Part shown: piece by piece, positions 46,653 through 57,200 of the stretch
Layout of the letters: every line of letters starts with the position of its first letter
Numbering within the stretch: position 1 is the stretch's first letter
DNA from: an uncultured Verrucomicrobiota bacterium
Lineage (GTDB): Bacteria; Verrucomicrobiota; Kiritimatiellia; CAIQIC01; Lenti-01
Reading direction: 5' to 3'
NCBI GenBank assembly: GCA_964526745.1
Contig: CAZGMQ010000002.1
Location: 1,604 to 65,603, forward strand
DNA length: 64,000 nucleotides
Made by a program: the position numbers and the translations under genes
The notes under the pieces: model-generated
What the model was told of the DNA's origin: nothing
The model's input: only the letters and a program-made list of their open reading frames with translations
The model's database searches: none

Positions 46653-48632
46653 ATGAGCTTTGATCCCGCCCAGCACCTCAATGAGGCGCAGTACCTGGCC
46701 GTTACGGCCCCGGACGGCCCCGTGCTGGTCATTGCGGCTGCCGGCACCGGTAAGACCCGTACGCTGACGCATCGGGTCGCTTGGCTGGTGCTCAACCGCA
46801 AGGTGGATCCTCGCCAGATTCTGCTGCTGACCTTCACCAACCGCGCTTCGCGCGAGATGCTCGATCGGGCCGCGCACCTCGTGGGGGGCGATGTCGGCGG
46901 GCTGTGGGGAGGCACCTTCCATCACGCTGCCAACCGCATGCTCCGGAAACATGCGCCGCTGCTCGGCTATGGGCAGGACTTCACCATTCTGGATGAGGAT
47001 GATTCCAATCGCCTGCTGAAGGCCTGCATCGTGGAACTCGGGCTCAAGGATAAGAAATTTCCGAAGCCAAAGGTGCTCGGGAGTGTCTACGGCCTTGCCG
47101 CCAATCGCGCGGTGCCCGTCGAGGATACGGTACGGGAGCGCTTTGAAGAGCACACGGTGGATATCGAAGGGGTCCTGAAGGTCCACGAGCTCTATCAGAA
47201 ACAGAAGCTTGGCCTGAACGCGATGGACTTTGATGATCTGCTGGTCAACGGACTGCGCCTGCTGAAAGAGCACGAGCCGGTGGCCGCCATCTATCAGGAG
47301 CGCATGCAGCATATCCTCGTGGATGAATATCAGGACACCAATCGTGTGCAGTCCGAGTTTGTGGATTGTATCGCCGCCCGGCACAAAAACATTCTGGCGG
47401 TGGGCGATGATTTCCAGAGCATCTATTCGTGGCGCGGAGCCGAGGTGCAGAACATCCTGAAATTCGAAGAACGCTACCCCGGAGCCAAGGTTTTCAAACT
47501 CGAGGAAAATTACCGCAGCACCCCAGGCATTCTGGATGTGGCCAATCAGGTGATTGCCGGAAACCCCGAGCAATATCAAAAGGTCCTGCGCGCCACGCGC
47601 CCGGCCGAGGTGAAGCCGATCCTGGCCCAGGTCACTAATGGGAGCCATCAGGCGCGCTATATTGTCGAACGTGTTCAGCGTCTTCTCGATGCGGGCGATG
47701 TGAAGCCCCGCGACATCGCCGTGCTCTACCGCTCGCATTTCCATGCGATGGAACTGCAGTTGGAACTCGCGCGCGCCCAGGTGCCCTATATATTGATGAG
47801 CGGTGTCCGCTTTTTTGAGCAGGCCCACATCAAGGATGTCTGCACCCTGCCGCGGCTGGCCGTGAATCCCTCCGACAGCCTCGCGTTCTCGCGTCTGATG
47901 GAGCTGTTTCCCCGGGTCGGCCCCAAGAAGGCACAGAGCATCTGGAAGGCGATGGGGGGGCATCTCAACCTGCGTGACGCCGAGAAGCGTGCCAAGATCA
48001 CCGAGATGCTGCCCAAGGAGGCCAAGCCCCTCTGGGAAGAGATCATCGAAAAAGTATTTCCGGCCAAGGAGGATGGATCCACGGTCCTCGAGCGTCCTGA
48101 CGAACTTGTCTTCCGATTTGCAGAGGCCTTCTATAAGAGCTTTGCCGAAGATACCTTCGAAAATGCCCGCCGCCGCATCGAGGATGTGGATGAGCTGATG
48201 AATTTCTCATCGAAGTACAAGAACACCACGGACTTCCTGAGTGAGATGGCCCTGCTGACCAACATGGATGCCGAGCAGAACAAGAATTCAGGGGCCCCCG
48301 CCGACTCCATCCGGCTGACCACGATTCATCAGGCAAAGGGCCTCGAGTGGAAAGCGGTGTTTGTTCTGTGGCTCGTGGACGGAATGTTCCCGGCCCAGCG
48401 CTCGCTGGACGAAACCGCCTCTGAATCCGAAGAGCGCCGCCTGTTCTATGTGGCGGTCACTCGCGCCAAAGATTACCTCTGGCTGTGTGTGCCCCGCATG
48501 CGCAAAGCGCGCGAAGGCGGTGTCATGATGTGTCCGCCCTCTCGCTTCATCGAGGAGATCGATTCCAACCTGCTCCAGATCGACAAACCGGCCGGCGGCT
48601 TCACCAACACGCCCAACTGGGCCCGCTGGTAG
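46653..48632 (+). CDS. UvrD/PcrA/Rep-family ATP-dependent DNA helicase
   Basis: 659 aa. LVIAAAGTGKTRTLTHRVAWL Walker A. DEYQDTN. Helicase motifs through VTRAKDYL. Confidence 0.9.
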   Translation: MSFDPAQHLNEAQYLAVTAPDGPVLVIAAAGTGKTRTLTHRVAWLVLNRKVDPRQILLLTFTNRASREMLDRAAHLVGGDVGGLWGGTFHHAANRMLRKHAPLLGYGQDFTILDEDDSNRLLKACIVELGLKDKKFPKPKVLGSVYGLAANRAVPVEDTVRERFEEHTVDIEGVLKVHELYQKQKLGLNAMDFDDLLVNGLRLLKEHEPVAAIYQERMQHILVDEYQDTNRVQSEFVDCIAARHKNILAVGDDFQSIYSWRGAEVQNILKFEERYPGAKVFKLEENYRSTPGILDVANQVIAGNPEQYQKVLRATRPAEVKPILAQVTNGSHQARYIVERVQRLLDAGDVKPRDIAVLYRSHFHAMELQLELARAQVPYILMSGVRFFEQAHIKDVCTLPRLAVNPSDSLAFSRLMELFPRVGPKKAQSIWKAMGGHLNLRDAEKRAKITEMLPKEAKPLWEEIIEKVFPAKEDGSTVLERPDELVFRFAEAFYKSFAEDTFENARRRIEDVDELMNFSSKYKNTTDFLSEMALLTNMDAEQNKNSGAPADSIRLTTIHQAKGLEWKAVFVLWLVDGMFPAQRSLDETASESEERRLFYVAVTRAKDYLWLCVPRMRKAREGGVMMCPPSRFIEEIDSNLLQIDKPAGGFTNTPNWARW

Positions 48633-48683
48633 GCCAGCCTTCTTTTGTACGATTAGCCGTTGCGTATGCCAGAGCATAAAAAG

Positions 48684-48710
48684 TTCCACACTGTGGAAAC
48701 ATTTTTTCCA
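48684..48710 (+). terminator. AT-rich hairpin TTCCACA-C-TGTGGAA plus T-run (terminator of helicase gene)
   Basis: Perfect 7-bp palindrome followed by ACATTTTTT, 50 nt after the stop. Confidence 0.5.
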
Positions 48711-48730
48711 ACCCATGGAAAAACTGCGAA

Positions 48731-48753
48731 AATAGTTTCCATGCCATGGAAAA
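48731..48753 (-). terminator. hairpin TTTCCATG-C-CATGGAAA plus T-run on minus strand (terminator of OMP gene)
   Basis: Perfect 8-bp palindrome. Minus strand continues CTATTTTCGCAGTTTTT. Confidence 0.45.
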
Positions 48754-48773
48754 TATCAGTGGCTTGCGCTGTT

Positions 48774-49931
48774 CTAGAAGCTCCAGCTGGCGCCGAGGGT
48801 GGCGCTGTCCTGGAACATGCTGATGGTGGTGCCCCCGCCGGCTTCCGGCGCCTGACTATCCGTAAGGTCTTCCTTCAACGCGTGGATATAGGCGAAATGC
48901 AGAGCCACGCGGTCAAACTCATAGGAGGCGCCTGCGGTCAGATGGGTTTTCATGATGGCGGGGAAGAGGGCATTGGCAAAGACATCCTCGCTGCCGATGG
49001 GGGAGTTGCCGTGCGAGATACCGCCTCGAAGAACCAGCTCTTCGGTCGCGTCCCAGCTGAGACCCACCTTCACGATGTTCTGATCTTCCCATCCGAACTG
49101 ATCACCAAAGGTATCCAGTTGCCCCCAGCCGACCCAGCGGTAGTCGAGAACGACTTCCAGCTCGTCCAGCAGCTCGTAGGCCAGACCCACGGTCACCTGC
49201 TGGGGGAGGTTGAGGGAGTCGACGAACAGGGTTCCGTAGTTGTCATACTCCGTCATGAACTGTTCGCTGATATAGCTGGCTCCGATATTCAGGCGGTCTG
49301 TGATTTTCTGGTTTACACCGAGGATGGCTCCGGCACCGGTGGCATCATCCCAGTCGCCGCTTGACGGGGCGGATGGCGGTCCGGTCCGGCTGGTCTCCAT
49401 GTCGGTCTTGAAGCGGCCCAGCACGAGAACAGGACCCACACCGATGCTGAGACCGTTATCGAAAGCCCGGGCATAGGTGAAAATCAACTTCGCAACGGAG
49501 AGTTCCGTCTGCGTATCTCCGCTGGAGAATCCGACCCGCGGCTGATCATAATCGACCCCCATGCCGCTGGAACCGTAGAGGGCGACGCCGAAGAAATCCT
49601 TCCCGTCCTTATCCCCGCCAAACGTGGCGCTGATGGAGGGGATATAGAATGCAGAGTCATCCGATTGTTTTCCGGCGCCCGGGTTGGCTGTAGAGTTGAT
49701 TGTGCGGTCCGGCTGGAAATACTGCACGGAGACATCCAGTCCCGGCTGAAGCTCGGTGATGCCCGCTGGGTTGAGGGTGACCCAGGTGGAATCCTTCGGG
49801 GCTGCGACACCAGCACCGGCTGTTCCCTGCTGGCGGGGACCGATGCCGACGAGGTTGATGCCTTCTGTGCCCAGAGCCGCCGTGGTGGCGGTGAGGATGA
49901 AGAGCGCTGCGACCTGTTGAATTTTTTTCAT
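48774..49931 (-). CDS. FadL/OmpP1/TodX-family outer membrane transport protein
   Basis: Signal peptide MKKIQQVAALFILTATTAALG. Beta-barrel amphipathic pattern. C-terminal ...ASWSF. Confidence 0.75.
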   Translation of the reverse strand: MKKIQQVAALFILTATTAALGTEGINLVGIGPRQQGTAGAGVAAPKDSTWVTLNPAGITELQPGLDVSVQYFQPDRTINSTANPGAGKQSDDSAFYIPSISATFGGDKDGKDFFGVALYGSSGMGVDYDQPRVGFSSGDTQTELSVAKLIFTYARAFDNGLSIGVGPVLVLGRFKTDMETSRTGPPSAPSSGDWDDATGAGAILGVNQKITDRLNIGASYISEQFMTEYDNYGTLFVDSLNLPQQVTVGLAYELLDELEVVLDYRWVGWGQLDTFGDQFGWEDQNIVKVGLSWDATEELVLRGGISHGNSPIGSEDVFANALFPAIMKTHLTAGASYEFDRVALHFAYIHALKEDLTDSQAPEAGGGTTISMFQDSATLGASWSF

Positions 49932-50085
49932 ATTGTCTCCTTCTGCGTCCCACTAGGGCCGCGAATACGGAAGACACTACCCGCAGAAGTTCCCAATCGC
50001 AAAAATATATCTATATAAATACGATAGACAAACTATTATATAGTTATAATCAGCACGGGTGGAGATAGATAAAAGATAAAGAGAA

Positions 50086-50487
50086 TCAATCTTCCGGCTG
50101 GGATGGGGAAGAATGGGGTGTCCCTGTCTCTTCCTTTTTCTCTTCAGGAAGGACTTTTTCTGCATCTGAAGGCCTGTTTTCACGGTAGCGGGCGAAGGCG
50201 CCGACCAGGGTGGCGAGGGGGAGGAATTCGCTGACAGGGATCATGCAGTAGATGCCGGCGGCGATGGCACAGGTCAGGGATTGCTTTCGGGTCAGTCCGA
50301 GGGTTCGCCCCATCCAGTATCCGCAGCCGCCGCCGAGGGGTAGGCCCAAATAGAATCCCATGGGGCCGAAGGTAGAGAGGTCCACCAGGTCGATGATGAG
50401 TCCCGCAACGACCGGTCCAAAGGCCCGGTTCAGGCGTTTGGCCTGCTGTGCAGGGTCCGGGGGCGGTGGATGGGGCTCAGTTTTCAT
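50086..50487 (-). CDS. small membrane protein (DUF4112-like)
   Basis: GPVVAGLIIDLVDLSTFGPMGFYLGLPLGGGCGYWMG. Two TM helices. Pro/Glu-rich tail. Confidence 0.5.
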   Translation of the reverse strand: MKTEPHPPPPDPAQQAKRLNRAFGPVVAGLIIDLVDLSTFGPMGFYLGLPLGGGCGYWMGRTLGLTRKQSLTCAIAAGIYCMIPVSEFLPLATLVGAFARYRENRPSDAEKVLPEEKKEETGTPHSSPSQPED

Positions 50488-50505
50488 CGATGATTTCTGT
50501 CGAAA

Positions 50506-51378
50506 TTATATGCTGAGGAGATAGCGCTTTCGAATGGTTCGCACATGATCAGGGTCGAACTCCTGTGCCTCCCACTGGTCCCAGAGTTGGGGATAGGTCA
50601 TCCAGATGAATGTGACATCGGAGCCGTTGACCTTCTCCTGAAAGGCCGCCAGTTCTTGCCGGTGTTGGCGGTATTCGGGGAAGGCCTCCCAGTTTTCGGG
50701 CTCCCAGAAAAGGTAGAGCAGGACAATTTTCTTGTTCTGGTATTCAGGCTGGTTCCGGAGTCCCAAATAATGGCGAACAAGCTGAGCGGCATCCAGGTAC
50801 TGTTTTGGCCCCGCCTTCAGTTCATCGATCCGTTCTGCCCAGCACTCTTCCATCTGAGGCAGATTTTCTCTCGTGTAGCTGTCTGCAAACTTCGGTTGTT
50901 TCAGGGAGAGGAATTCAAGAAATTTGGACTCCACGCCGATCACCACATCGGGATTCTCAACCAGCAGATCGAGGTTGGGAGGGAACCCGCCCAGGCCGGT
51001 GGGGCATTGCTTTTCAAACTGAAGGATCGTGAATCCTGTCTGCCCAAGAAGATGTAGCGGCTGCGGATTCTTCCGCCAGGGGCCGAAGGTGTTGGCGGCG
51101 AGGGCCGACGAAGAATGTGCCGCGCGGAATTTCCCTTCCAGTTCGTTTCCGGTGCCCTGAAGAAAGTCCGCCTGGACCTCTTCGAGCCGAACGCCGGGAA
51201 CCAGATTCAGTTCTGAGCTGAGAGCATAGCCATGCGCATCGAGCGGTTGCTCTGACATTTCGTTGTAGCGCTCCCGGATGGACTGCTTGGCGCGGTCGGC
51301 CGTGGACACGCCTTGTCCGAATGCGCTCGGAGTTAGCAGCAGCGCGACACCTATTAGAAAGACCTGTTTATTTCTCAT
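50506..51378 (-). CDS. secreted hypothetical protein (possible D-x(n)-E-x-K motif NLDLLVENPDVVIGVESK)
   Basis: Signal peptide MRNKQVFLIGVALLLTPSAFGQG. 290 aa. 11-nt overlap with the upstream GH20 gene. Confidence 0.55.
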   Translation of the reverse strand: MRNKQVFLIGVALLLTPSAFGQGVSTADRAKQSIRERYNEMSEQPLDAHGYALSSELNLVPGVRLEEVQADFLQGTGNELEGKFRAAHSSSALAANTFGPWRKNPQPLHLLGQTGFTILQFEKQCPTGLGGFPPNLDLLVENPDVVIGVESKFLEFLSLKQPKFADSYTRENLPQMEECWAERIDELKAGPKQYLDAAQLVRHYLGLRNQPEYQNKKIVLLYLFWEPENWEAFPEYRQHRQELAAFQEKVNGSDVTFIWMTYPQLWDQWEAQEFDPDHVRTIRKRYLLSI

Positions 51379-53128
51379 CAGGGGCCTCCGTTAGCAATTG
51401 GCGCATGGGTTCGAAGCCGCGGGCATGAAGATCGAGCAGCCCGCGGGGTTGGCTTTCCGCGAACCAGAGGGGGGTATAGGCCTTTTCGAGTTCATCCAGC
51501 AGGGGTTGGGTAGTGTTGGACGGCGCGCCGGAAGCCACCAGTGCATTGAACTGGAGAAAGCGGCAGGCAAGGGTCAGCTGCTCCCGGTCGGTTTCATCGG
51601 CCCACCGGGTGGTGGACAGATGGGAAAATTCATCGGCCCAGAGGGGGGCTTCCTCGGCCAGTTGCCGGGCGGGTTGAAGATCGGCGGGAGGAGGGATGTC
51701 CTTCAGCGAAGGGAAGGGCCACGCGGCGAGATTGGCCGGCACCGAACCGGCCAGGGAGAACAGTTGGGCCGGGCGGGGAGAATCACTTCCAAAGAACAGC
51801 CGCGAGAAAGCGAGATCAAAGGATTCCTTTTCATCGCTGTCCGGATTCCATGCAAGGGCCGCACCCAGAGCCAGTCCATGGAGGGCGCAGGGCGGCATAT
51901 TGAAATGGCCGTAGTCGCCCCAGTCGGTCTGGAGCAGGCCGGCAGCCCCGAGACGCTTTCCGGTGCGGGCATAGGTGGCGATCACGGTGCGGGCTTCTTC
52001 AACGGCATTGAAGACCATGCCGAAGCCGCGAACGGATGGGCAGACGGTGGTCGAAAGGCCGCGTGTAATGAATTCGCCGCACTTCTCAAACCGGTTGGAG
52101 GGGAAGTAGGCCCAGTCGAGAACTTCGCAGTCCTTGGGCAGGTCGCCGATGGCTTCGGGATGATGCAGGAGCATGTCTCCCCAGAGCATCAGGGTCTTGC
52201 CATGGCGGGCGGCCTCGCGCTGCACAAACCGGATGTGGTCGATATATTGCCGGGCGAGATCCGCCGGGGAGGCATCAGGCATGCGCTTGCCGAGATCGTG
52301 GGTTTCGTCGCCGCAGAGATTGAATCGGGAGGAGGAGAAACAGGGAAGAAATTCATCCAGAATATTTCGCAGCAGATCCTGGGCATCCGGATCGCGGGAG
52401 TTGAGCGTGGCCCCGCGAAGGCGCTGGAGCCAGGTGGCCGAGTTCCAGGACTCCGCCGGGAACTCCACTTCGGCGAGTTCGCGATATTTCGGCAGGGAGA
52501 GGATGCGGCCCATGTGGCCGAAGCAGGTGAAGGACGGGACCAGTTCGATGAAGTGCTCCCGGCAGAAGGCATCCAACTCCTTCAGGTCTTCGGCATCATA
52601 GCCATCCCCGTCACCGACGATGTCGGGATCGAACCGGAAGCGGAAGGGGTGCTCGAAGTAGAGCTGGAGATGATTGATCTTGAGGGAGGCTAAGAGGCGG
52701 ATGCGGCGCTTCAGCATTTCGACGCGGGGAACCCGTCCGCGGCTGATATCGAGATAGAACCCGCGAAGGGGGAAGGTGGGGCCGTCGGTGATTTCCAGAC
52801 AGGGGAGGGTGCTGCCGTGCTGCTCGATCAGCTGTCGCAGGGTCTGCAGGGCATAGAAGAATCCGGCGGCATCCGGAGCGGAGATGTGAATCCCGTCCGG
52901 GGACAGGCGGAGCGAATAGGATTCCGGGGTGCCCGGCGCGGAGGTCAAGCGGATGGCAGGGGCCGGCTGCGCATGGGCGATGTGATGAATTCCGCGAAAG
53001 AGTTCATGGAGGGCTTTACAGACGCGTGAATCCAGATGCTCCGGGGTGGAGACAGCCGGCCGGTCGGGCAGGGTGAAGGAGCCCGGGTGACGGCGCAGAT
53101 GGGCAGGCGTTGGAATCAGGTGCGGCAT
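51368..53128 (-). CDS. glycoside hydrolase family 20 beta-N-acetylhexosaminidase-like
   Basis: 586 aa. TIM-barrel region with FNLCGDETHD (GGDE-type catalytic pair) and HxGxDE-like context. No signal peptide evident. Confidence 0.7.
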   Translation of the reverse strand: MPHLIPTPAHLRRHPGSFTLPDRPAVSTPEHLDSRVCKALHELFRGIHHIAHAQPAPAIRLTSAPGTPESYSLRLSPDGIHISAPDAAGFFYALQTLRQLIEQHGSTLPCLEITDGPTFPLRGFYLDISRGRVPRVEMLKRRIRLLASLKINHLQLYFEHPFRFRFDPDIVGDGDGYDAEDLKELDAFCREHFIELVPSFTCFGHMGRILSLPKYRELAEVEFPAESWNSATWLQRLRGATLNSRDPDAQDLLRNILDEFLPCFSSSRFNLCGDETHDLGKRMPDASPADLARQYIDHIRFVQREAARHGKTLMLWGDMLLHHPEAIGDLPKDCEVLDWAYFPSNRFEKCGEFITRGLSTTVCPSVRGFGMVFNAVEEARTVIATYARTGKRLGAAGLLQTDWGDYGHFNMPPCALHGLALGAALAWNPDSDEKESFDLAFSRLFFGSDSPRPAQLFSLAGSVPANLAAWPFPSLKDIPPPADLQPARQLAEEAPLWADEFSHLSTTRWADETDREQLTLACRFLQFNALVASGAPSNTTQPLLDELEKAYTPLWFAESQPRGLLDLHARGFEPMRQLLTEAPDEK

Positions 53129-53252
53129 GGGGCGAGTGTAGCCGTTGCCCGTAGAATAGAGAACGAAAAACTGGAGTTAGGGCGGATCGAGCGGGTCGCC
53201 GGCGAAGTGAATCCGGGGGGGCTCGGTTTCGGGAAGGAGCGTGGCGCTTCGA

Positions 53253-53630
53253 TTACGAGGATGGGGGGGAGGCCTCCATGGCCTGTGCCAGGAGGCTCTT
53301 GATGAAGGCCAGCTCGAAGGGCTTGGTCAGGAAGGCCATGATTTCGCCGCCCTGGGCCTTGGCGGCCAGCTCTTCCGAGGGTTCCCCGGTGATGAGGATG
53401 AGGGGGCGTCCGGCCGCTTTGTCTTTCAACTGGTCCACCCATTGGCCGAGCGAGGGGCTGTCTGGTAAATAGATGTCGGCAATGATGATCTGAATGGCGG
53501 GGTCGGCCATCTGCGTCAACCCTTCGGCGCAGGTGGAAGCCTGAAACGCCGTGTGGGTTAACCGTGAGACTAATGTCGCCAGATATTCGCGAACGGCAAT
53601 GTCATCATCAATAATCAGAATGTTGGCCAT
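53253..53630 (-). CDS. single-domain response regulator (CheY-like receiver)
   Basis: MANILIIDDDIAVREYL...IIIADIYLPD...FLTKPF. Confidence 0.85.
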   Translation of the reverse strand: MANILIIDDDIAVREYLATLVSRLTHTAFQASTCAEGLTQMADPAIQIIIADIYLPDSPSLGQWVDQLKDKAAGRPLILITGEPSEELAAKAQGGEIMAFLTKPFELAFIKSLLAQAMEASPPSS

Positions 53631-54221
53631 AAAATTCTTCCTTAGAACAATCCATAAAGATGGACACTTATTCTAAACTACCGATGTAGGGTTGGGCTGT
53701 CAACGAGACAGAAGGTTATAATTCTGTTAATTCCGTTCCGGTGCGCGGTGAAAAACAGGCGCGGGTCACTCCATGGGTAACACCTTCCAGCGAAAGTCCT
53801 AGAGATTTGCCTGTCCCGGCCCGGGGTCTGGCCTCTCGCGGCGATGTGGGCACGCTGGTGCTCATCTCGGACTCGCAGGGCGATGCCGCAATCATTTTCG
53901 TTCGTTTGGGCCTTGAAGCCTGGCATGAATTCGGCGGGCTGAAGGAGAAATGGACCCGCGTTCCTTGGCCAGTCCGGGCGATTGGCTGGGGGCTTCTTGT
54001 GGCCATGACCGTCCTGTTTGCTTGTGAATCAGCAGGCTCCCTATATCTACTTCCAGGGGACCTAGCCTAGCTTGAGACAGGGCCTTACGGGTGATTCCAG
54101 TCCCCTCAAGAGGAAAAGGGGTCTTTTCCTGATAAACAGAGTTGATTCCGGGGTCTATATTTGAGTCAATGCCCGTCTGATTGTGCGTGCGGGGAACCCC
54201 CTGGCGCACCGAGGAGAGACT

Positions 54222-57200
54222 GTGTATCTAAAAGCACTTGAAATGATTGGGTTTAAAAGCTTTGCCGAGCGGACAAAGATGGTGTTTGAGCCTGGAATGA
54301 TGGCGATTGTCGGTCCGAATGGATGCGGCAAAAGCAATGTATCGGATGCCATCCGATGGGTGCTGGGAGAGCAGAGTGCCAAAGCCTTGCGCGGCGGCAC
54401 CATGACCGACGTGATTTTCAACGGTACGGACAAGGCGAAAGCCCTCGCCATGGCAGAGGTCAGCTTGACCTTGACGGATTGCGAAGCGGTCCTCGGGACA
54501 GAATACAACGAAGTGACCATTACGCGCCGGGTGTTTCGCTCGGGAGAAGGGCAGTATTTCATCAACCGGACGCCCTGCCGGTTAAAAGACATCCAGCGTC
54601 TGTTCATGGATACGGGGCTGGGAACCAGCTCCTACAGCGTGATGGAGCAGGGGCGCATTGATCAGATTTTGAGCTCCCGGCCGGATGACCGCCGTGCGGT
54701 GTTTGAAGAAGCCAGCGGCATCAGCAAATACAAGGCCGACAAGAAGGAAGCCCTGCGCAAGCTGGAGCACACCGAAGCCAACCTTCTTCGCCTCAGCGAC
54801 ATCATCAAGGAAGTGAAACGGCAGATCATTTCTCTGCAGCGCCAGGTGGGCAAGGCCAAACGATATAAGAATCTGCAGAATCAGCTCCGGTCGTGCGATG
54901 TCTGGTTGAGCAAGGACCGTCTCTCCGAGCTGGATGCCTCGCTGTCTGAGCTGGAAAGCGATCTGAAGACTCATACGCTCCACGAGGAGAACCTGCGGGC
55001 CGGGGTGGAAGCGGCAGAAGCCCGGGCCACCGAGCTGCGCCAGAACATGGCGGAAGTGGAAGGGCGTATCGCAGCGGCGATGGATGCCTCCTCGGAAGCC
55101 TCCGGCGCGCTGGCTCGCGCCCGCGAACTGATCCGGGTGAACCAGGAGCGCGCGCAGGAACTGGAAACCCTGTCGCAACGGGATTCCCGCGAGACCGAAT
55201 CGGCTCGTACCACACTGGAAAGCCATCAAGCCGAACTGGATGTGCTGAAGAAAGATTTGATTGCCGCCACCGATGCGCACGAAACGGCCCGGGTCGAATT
55301 GGAGCAGAAGCAGACGGCTTTGACGGCGCACGACCAGGAGACCAATGCCGCGCGCAAACGCCTGCAGGAGTTGCGTACCGAGGCCCTGGATCTCGAAACC
55401 CGCCTGTCCCGTCTGCAGAACGAGTGGAATGAGATCGAGGCCCGCGAGCGGACCGATTTGATCCGTCGCGAGCGGTTTGCCGCTGAAAAGGCCGAGGCCG
55501 AACGGGCCGTCGAATCCTATGAAGAGCGCCTCGGCTTGATGGCCACTCAACGCGAGGCGAAGCAGGCCGGTGCGCAGCAGGCGCAGCAGCAGGTGGAAGA
55601 TCTGCATCAGACCCAGTCCGAGCGTGTCTCGCAACTAGGTGAGCTTCAGCAGGAAAAATCCGCGCTCGCCTCTGAAATCGCTGCCCGCGAAGCGCAGGTG
55701 CATCTTCTGACGCGGAGCCGGGAAGAGGCCTCAGGCTTTCCTGCAGGCGCCAAGAAACTGCTGGAGAAAACACCGGTCCCCGGTGTGGATACCAAAGGAA
55801 TTCTGGGGTCGCTGGCGGAGAAGGTCCGTGCCGACAAGGCCTATGAACTTGCGCTGGAGGCCGTGCTGCGTTCCTGGCTCGACGCCGTTCTGGTAACCGA
55901 TGCCGGTAGTGCGCTGGAAATTGCGCGTCATTTGCAGGCGGCAAAGGGCGGTGCCGTCCGCCTGCTGTCTGCCGCTGGGAAAGACGCCTCCATTCCTTCG
56001 GAGGATGTCGGGGAGGCCCTGCTGGACCATGTCCGCGCTCCGGCTGAACTGGATTCTTTGCTGCGTCGCCTGTTGGGCGGCGTGCGGGTCGTGGCCTCTG
56101 CTGTCGAGGTTCCCGCCGAAATCGCGCTGGGGGTCACGGTTGTGACTCAGGATGGCCTGCTGGCTCGCGGCGACGGGAGTGTCGAATTCTGGGCGCCCGG
56201 CGAAGAAGAGAGCAATCCCCTGGCCCGGGAGCATCAGCTCGCGGAGTGGCAGGAGGATCTGGTTCGCTTGAAACAGTCGATGGAGGAGAAGGCCGCCCGT
56301 GCGGAGGCCTTGCAGGCCGATGAAGCGGCAGGCCAGGAAGCGCTGACCGAAGCGCAGACGTGTCTGGTAACCCATCAGCGGGAGATGGCGCTGGCCGAAG
56401 GCGAAACCCGGATGGTGGAAGGGGAGGCCAAGCAGGCTCGCGAGCGTGCCGAAACCATCGGATGGGAACTGGACGCCTTGGTCAAGAAGACCGGTGCCGG
56501 CACACAGCGCCGTTCCGAAATGTCCGGTGAGATGGAATCCCTGCGCACCCGGCAGGCCGAAGTGCGCGCACAAAACACCGAGGATTCTGAAACCCTGCGG
56601 AAACTCGAGGATGAGCGCAATGCGATGCTGGAAGAGACCACCGAATGCCGTGTGGCCCTCTCCGGCTACAAGCAGCAGCTCGATGGCCATCGCGCTCGCG
56701 GAGAACCCTTGGAAGCCCGTATTCGGGAGTTGGAATCGCTGATCCGTGAGCGGGCGGCCGGAATCAATTCCTATCAGGAACGTATGGCGGCCCTGAAGCA
56801 GGCCACTGCAGAAGCCGAAGGCCAGATCGAGCCGCTGGAGGCCGAGGTGGCGCAGCGGCAGACCGAATTGCAAGAGACGCGCGCCCAGCGCGAAAGCCGC
56901 AATGCCGAGCTGTCCAAGAGCGATGCCGCCCTGCATGCCAGCCGCGCCGAACTCGACCGGACGCGCGAAAAGCGAAATGCCGTGGACATACAGCTGGCCC
57001 GTCAGCGTCTGCATCACCAGAATCTGGTGGAGCGCATGGTCAGCGAATACAGCCTGAAGTCGGAAGAGGTGCTGGAAGCCGTCGAACCCGAGTGGGATGG
57101 CGGAATGGATGCGCCGGACCGTGAATCTCTTGAAACGATTGTGGCGGAACTTCGGACCAAGCTACAGAGCATGGGCCCTGTGAATCTGGTGGCCATCGAA

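Noticed and set aside
46572-47963. 463-aa minus-strand ORF
   Set aside because: Antisense to the UvrD-family helicase, whose motifs are unambiguous. No homology-like features.
48684-48698. Possible parS / SMC-loading site because of proximity to DNA-metabolism genes and palindromic form
   Set aside because: TTCCACACTGTGGAA does not match the parS consensus TGTTTCACGTGAAACA. The context (convergent 3' ends plus T-runs) fits intrinsic terminators better.
51398-52693. 431-aa plus-strand ORF
   Set aside because: Antisense to the GH20 gene. Gly/Arg-rich.
54826-57017. Two long minus-strand ORFs (372 aa and 428 aa)
   Set aside because: Antisense to smc. Pro/Arg/Gly-rich junk translations.
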